NCBI RefSeq assembly: GCF_001194135.2
Contig: NC_069002.1
Location: 23,609,151 to 23,648,076, forward strand
From: Octopus bimaculoides
Taxonomy: Eukaryota
Length of the DNA: 38,926 nt
Direction: 5' to 3'
Of the stretch, positions 34,741 through 38,926 are shown piece by piece; positions within the stretch are counted from its first letter, which is position 1, and every line of letters starts with the position of its first letter. Under the pieces are notes generated by a model. It was not told the origin of the DNA. It worked only from the letters and a program-made list of their open reading frames with translations, and ran no database searches. Position numbers and translations under genes: made by a program.

Positions 34741-35049
34741 CACAAGATGTTAGTCTTTAGTTTAATGATCACATTGTTGTTGTTGTAGTTATTTTGCAGC
34801 TAGGTATTGATCCTGTGCAGTTAAAGTCATTTCCTTTCATTCCTACTTTTAGTGCACAACTTTTGAGCCATTGTCGGAATTTTACTCTGGCTTACCATTA
34901 TTATTTTTCAGAAGTTTTATTTTATAGCATGCTTTCACTGCACAATTTAGTGCAGCTCTGTGTGTCTTTGGTACAAAAGCAGTCTTTTATTTTGGTTTTA
35001 TGTCTTTCTGTTGTATTTAAATGACCCTACATAATATATGTGTGGGCAG

Positions 35050-35940
35050 TGATTAGTAGCACTAGTTTCTCTAAATTGCATATGCGTATATCTCCTGCAG
35101 TTTTCCTTAAATATACTTGACCACATTTCTTTTTATCATTCTCAAAGCAACCATTATTTTAAAGTCTGTTTTTGCTGCCAACCATTGCCATTTCCAGCAC
35201 ATTTTCTATATCTCTATTCCCAAATCTTTATATTTGAATAGTTTCTCCATTTCATTTAAATATATATTGTCCTCTCTTGTAATTGATACATTGATTACAA
35301 GACATTTCCTCTCTTGGTAGTCTTTGACAATGATATTTTAACAATTTGCCTTAGTTTTCCTGTCTAAATGAATTGCTATGTCCTTGAATATAATCACATT
35401 GCCATTATCTAAAACCAGTTGTAGGCTGTATTTTGTACCACCCCTTTTCTGTGAGTATTCTATTATTCTATTATACAAAATGTCCAGCTCAGTTATGTTT
35501 CTGTTTATACTTCCATTAAGATTGGGCAGCCAGTAACAATGCAGTTCATTGTTTATTCCCAACTTCTTCACATTTTTCCTCATTATCAGCATTTGTTAAT
35601 TCCAAGTAGGAAAACTCGATCATGAGTCACTATCAAAAACACTTCTGGCTTTGCAGCTCTATATTCTTTACTTCACAGCTTGTACGGAGTTCTTTTCTTT
35701 TATCCATTTTTTCCCCTTCTCTCAATCTCCTGGGGTATTAGCCATGTAGACTCTTTTCTTGCCAAAGTTTTATCATAATATTTAGTAATCCTTTTTCCAG
35801 TTTAGCTTCCAGTGATTTTAATAGCTTTTGTTGTACTTCTATGCATCTTCCTTGTAGCCGTCTCTTATCTCCGCTTCTGTTTCATATTAATCGGATTCTT
35901 CAAAGACAGAAAAAAACTTTTCTTGCTTTTTTAATACTCT
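35050..35940 (-). mobile_element. Further RLE-type LINE fragments (thumb region joined to RLE by deletion; separate LHG-Y fragment)
   Basis: IIVKDYQERKCLVINVS...EMEKLFKYKDLGIEI; IAIHLDRKTK; LWQEKSLHG*YP. Confidence 0.7.
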
Positions 35941-36059
35941 AGAGCGACATATGTTCAATAACCAAACTCTGGATGTTTGTCGCCAGTTTCAAATCATATG
36001 CCTGTCCGGTCAAGGTGGTCCCCCTCTCATCTCCTTTAACCTTTTAGCATTCATATACA

Positions 36060-36620
36060 CCCTGTCAAGCATATCATCATCATCATCATCGTCGTCGTCG
36101 TTATCATTATCATCAATGTCACCACCACCACCATCACCACAACCACCACCACCATCATCATCATAACATTATCATCATTGTTTGACGTCTGTCTTCCTTG
36201 CTGGCATGGGTTGGATGGTTTGACAGGTACTGGCCAGGCAAAAGACTGCACCAGACATCTGTGTCTGTTTTGGCATGGTTTTCTTTTTATGGTTGCATGC
36301 TCTTCCTAATACCAACCACCCCACAGAATTGACTGAGTACTTTTTATGTGGCACCAATGCAAGTGAGGTCAGTTTTGGTATGGCGTTTATGGCTGGATGC
36401 TTTTCTAAATGCCAACCACTTTACAGTGTGGACTTGATGCTTTTTAGGTGGCACCAGCAACGGCAGGGTCACCAAGTAAATTGCAGGACAAGGAATCTTT
36501 GAGAGGGAAGGGGGGACATTGGAGAAGGTTATCTTGTGTCAGGTGATGAAAGGTCAGAGTGTGACAGGGAGACAGAGAAGCAGAAACAGATGTCTTGCTA
36601 TGGAGGAGGGACATGGTCAC
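36060..36620 (-). mobile_element. (GAT)n-tailed RTE-3'-type retroposon
   Basis: gctggcatgggttggatggtttgacagg tail motif. Confidence 0.75.
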
Positions 36621-36659
36621 CCGGCCAGAGAGAGAGAGACTTGGTTTGAATTAGTTATG

Positions 36660-36822
36660 CTTTATCTCACTGCTTCTAGATTTCAGTGATGTGATTAGGA
36701 TGTTGCATATTTTTAGAATGACATTGTACGGCAGGTGTGGGAGACAGGATCTCACCAGTTTGAACGTAAAACATGTAGAATACTTTGGCTGGATATAGGC
36801 TGATTAAATGCTAAATGGTTAA
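36660..36822 (+). mobile_element. 3' half of a piggyBac-type MITE
   Basis: Ends ...gattaaatgctaaatgg|TTAA. Confidence 0.5.
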
Positions 36823-38182
36823 TATTTTGTGTATGATTTAGTTTTTGAGCCACGTGAGCCATTTAAGACATTTTGAGTCATTGTTTTGGAAACTGGAGAT
36901 GTTATGGGAGAATCCTGCTTGAACTGGAATGCCATTAGAGTGGGTCTGAATATCTGGGTGATGTTTGAGTAATCTATGTGGTACCTGGGTGTCTGGATAA
37001 TATCTGGGTGTGTATATCTGGATGGGGTTGAACCCATGAGAACCTAAAGTAGGTTGCTGCCATGATCAAAGTACCCAGAGTGATAACAGGAAAATACATT
37101 AACTAGGACAGTTCAATGGATTTGGAGGGAAAAGTCCACAGATGATAATAGTTTGTCTGGACTGAGGGTCATTTTAAAGCATTCAGGGTCTGATTTGGTT
37201 TTTAAACCCAGGTGAAATAAATTGAGAACAGGTGATAAACAAGGTGAACCAGTTTCACTCAGAAATGGGCTGAGAGCGAACTGTCCCTGAAATGTTGCAC
37301 AAATATGGTTGATGCTGCATCATTTTGGTAGTGTACCATTCCTTGTCTTAGGCAACGCCTGCCCAGATTGGAATATAAGCACTTTTGCATATTATGGTTG
37401 GAGGAGTTTCTGCTACTCATGAGGTCAATCGGATGCCCACAACCAATCAAGAATGGTCTTGGTATTATGTTGTGGCTCTTGGTATATACAGATACTATGG
37501 AAACTCTTTGATGAGAATGGTTTCCAGGTGTGGTTATTGTTTTGTCGACCCTGCCCTTCTGCAGTGCTTTGACCAAGCTGCAGTCCTGGGTTGTATGCAG
37601 GTGAAGGTTTACCAGGGTCGACTTTGCCTTTCACTCTCTCAAGATTGATAAAATAAATACCAGTCAAGTACTGGGATGGAGGAAATGAACCAGCCCCCTC
37701 CCATAACATTCCACGCATTGTGCCTATAGTAGAAAAGATTATTATTATTATTATCATCGCCTTTGCACAGCTTCTAATGCTGGAGATGTACTATGGTAAC
37801 ACCTCTTATTTTTCGAGCACCTTCTGGAGTATTATTATTATTATTTTGTTGTAATTTAAGAGAAGTAACAATACTTCTCTTTATTATATAAATAAAAAGA
37901 CTAGCTCCAGGTAAGTTGTCCAGTTTCTTGAGGCTTTAATATTTTACTCTCAAAACTAATGAAAAGTCCTGTCCCGTTTACCTAATTTAGCAGTGCCACT
38001 TTAATGACTTAACTAAATCTATATTTATTGCTTAGACATCAGCATCTCTACTGAATATACATACATCTGTACATATATGCATTTGTATGCATGTATGTAT
38101 ATGTATTTATATTTGGGTGTGTATGATAAATGTATGTCATAAATGAAATATAGATATGTGTGTATGTGATAGTATATATATA

Positions 38183-38234
<52 letters not shown>

Positions 38235-38249
38235 ACATTACTGTTCACT

Positions 38250-38430
38250 ACACTCTCAGAGTATACTACACTCTTGGTGTGGTTGGCATTAGGAAGGGCA
38301 TCCAGTTGTAGAAATTCTGCCAGATCAGATTGGAGCCTGGTGCAGCCATCTAGTTTGCCAATCCTCAGTGAAATCGTCAAACCCATGCTAGCATGGAAAG
38401 CAGACATTAAACGATGATGATGATGATGAT
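38250..38430 (+). mobile_element. (GAT)n-tailed RTE-3'-type retroposon 3' end
   Basis: ...aaacccatgctagcatggaaagcagacattaaacgatgatgatg. Confidence 0.8.
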
Positions 38431-38669
38431 CATAGCTGTGTATAAATATATATACATGTATATATGTTTGTAAGACTACCTTTCTCTTTATAAGTGTCCT
38501 AAATATTCCACACAGCCTTAGCTTTGCTGTCTCATTGTATTTACCATATAAATGTTCACACAAAATCTGCATTAGACTCCTCACTTGTATTATTATCAAA
38601 ACGAGAGTCTAACTATGTTTCTCCCAAGGCACTTACATAGCTTTACCTGCCATCTTGGGTCTTCAATAT

Positions 38670-38887
38670 TTTCTGGATTTTAATTTGTGTATACGTGATA
38701 GATCGCTAACCACTACACACATTTTCCCCTCTGCTTGTTTTCTCTCCTTGTTTCTTTCTGTGTTCCTTTCTGTGGAAGAGCATAGGGTCGAAATGTTAAG
38801 GACTTTTTCAATTCACTAGCATTATACTAATACATCTGTTTGCTTTCTACACCATCTGTCTTCGTCTGTTGTTTTTTTGTGAATTCT

Positions 38888-38890
<3 letters not shown>
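38670..38890 (+). mobile_element. Probable Penelope-type terminal repeat with a degenerate hammerhead-like core
   Basis: ctgtggaa-gagc-atag-ggtc-gaaa at 38770-38793; pyrimidine-rich flanks ending in (TA)n. Confidence 0.35.

Positions 38891-38926
<36 letters not shown>

Noticed and set aside
36819-37600. ORFs MGSTPSRY... and MHIMVGG.../HTWKPFSSK...
   Set aside because: No recognisable motifs or splice chain; possibly old LINE debris, but unassignable by eye.
489-38599. Most ORF-track entries (CVCV/HTHT/YIYI/poly-M/I/D peptides and X-rich ORFs)
   Set aside because: They are translations of dinucleotide/trinucleotide microsatellites or N gaps, not genes.

Overview
Eukaryotic, AT-rich, microsatellite- and retroposon-dense genomic DNA with several N gaps. 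The SINE families and (GAT)n-tailed RTE-like repeats look like those of Octopus (coleoid cephalopod); this is inferred from recalled repeat consensus, not from a search. There are no prokaryotic features or CRISPR arrays, and most ORFs in the supplied track are microsatellite or gap artefacts. The main result from manual reading is a chain of small plus-strand exons with canonical splice sites and compatible phases (410-475, 3646-3684, 4978-5054, 5988-6063, 18554-18593, probable end 20282-20293). They splice into xKFFNNTEGSITVNHQDDRPLMLVNITFSSRTVYVKCLCSHEWTVTPSRSPSLLGSVECCGYNCFSQNEQDLHKENIIKVEFALISSWLLLLSLTLACFQECQ*, a Cys-rich, sequon-bearing segment followed by a hydrophobic anchor that I cannot assign to a known family. 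The 40-nt anchor exon has a diverged duplicate at 16222-16261 (29/40 nt identical, GC donor), suggesting mutually exclusive or alternative C-termini. A decayed P-loop (STAND-like) NTPase sits in the first intron. The rest is TE debris: mariner/Tc1, L1-Tx1, CR1-like, Penelope-like and RLE (R4/Dong-like) LINE fragments, hAT, piggyBac and Helentron-type non-autonomous elements, three tRNA-SINE families and minisatellites. I see no convincing evidence of a wholly new biological system. The duplicated exon and the orphan membrane gene are the best leads.
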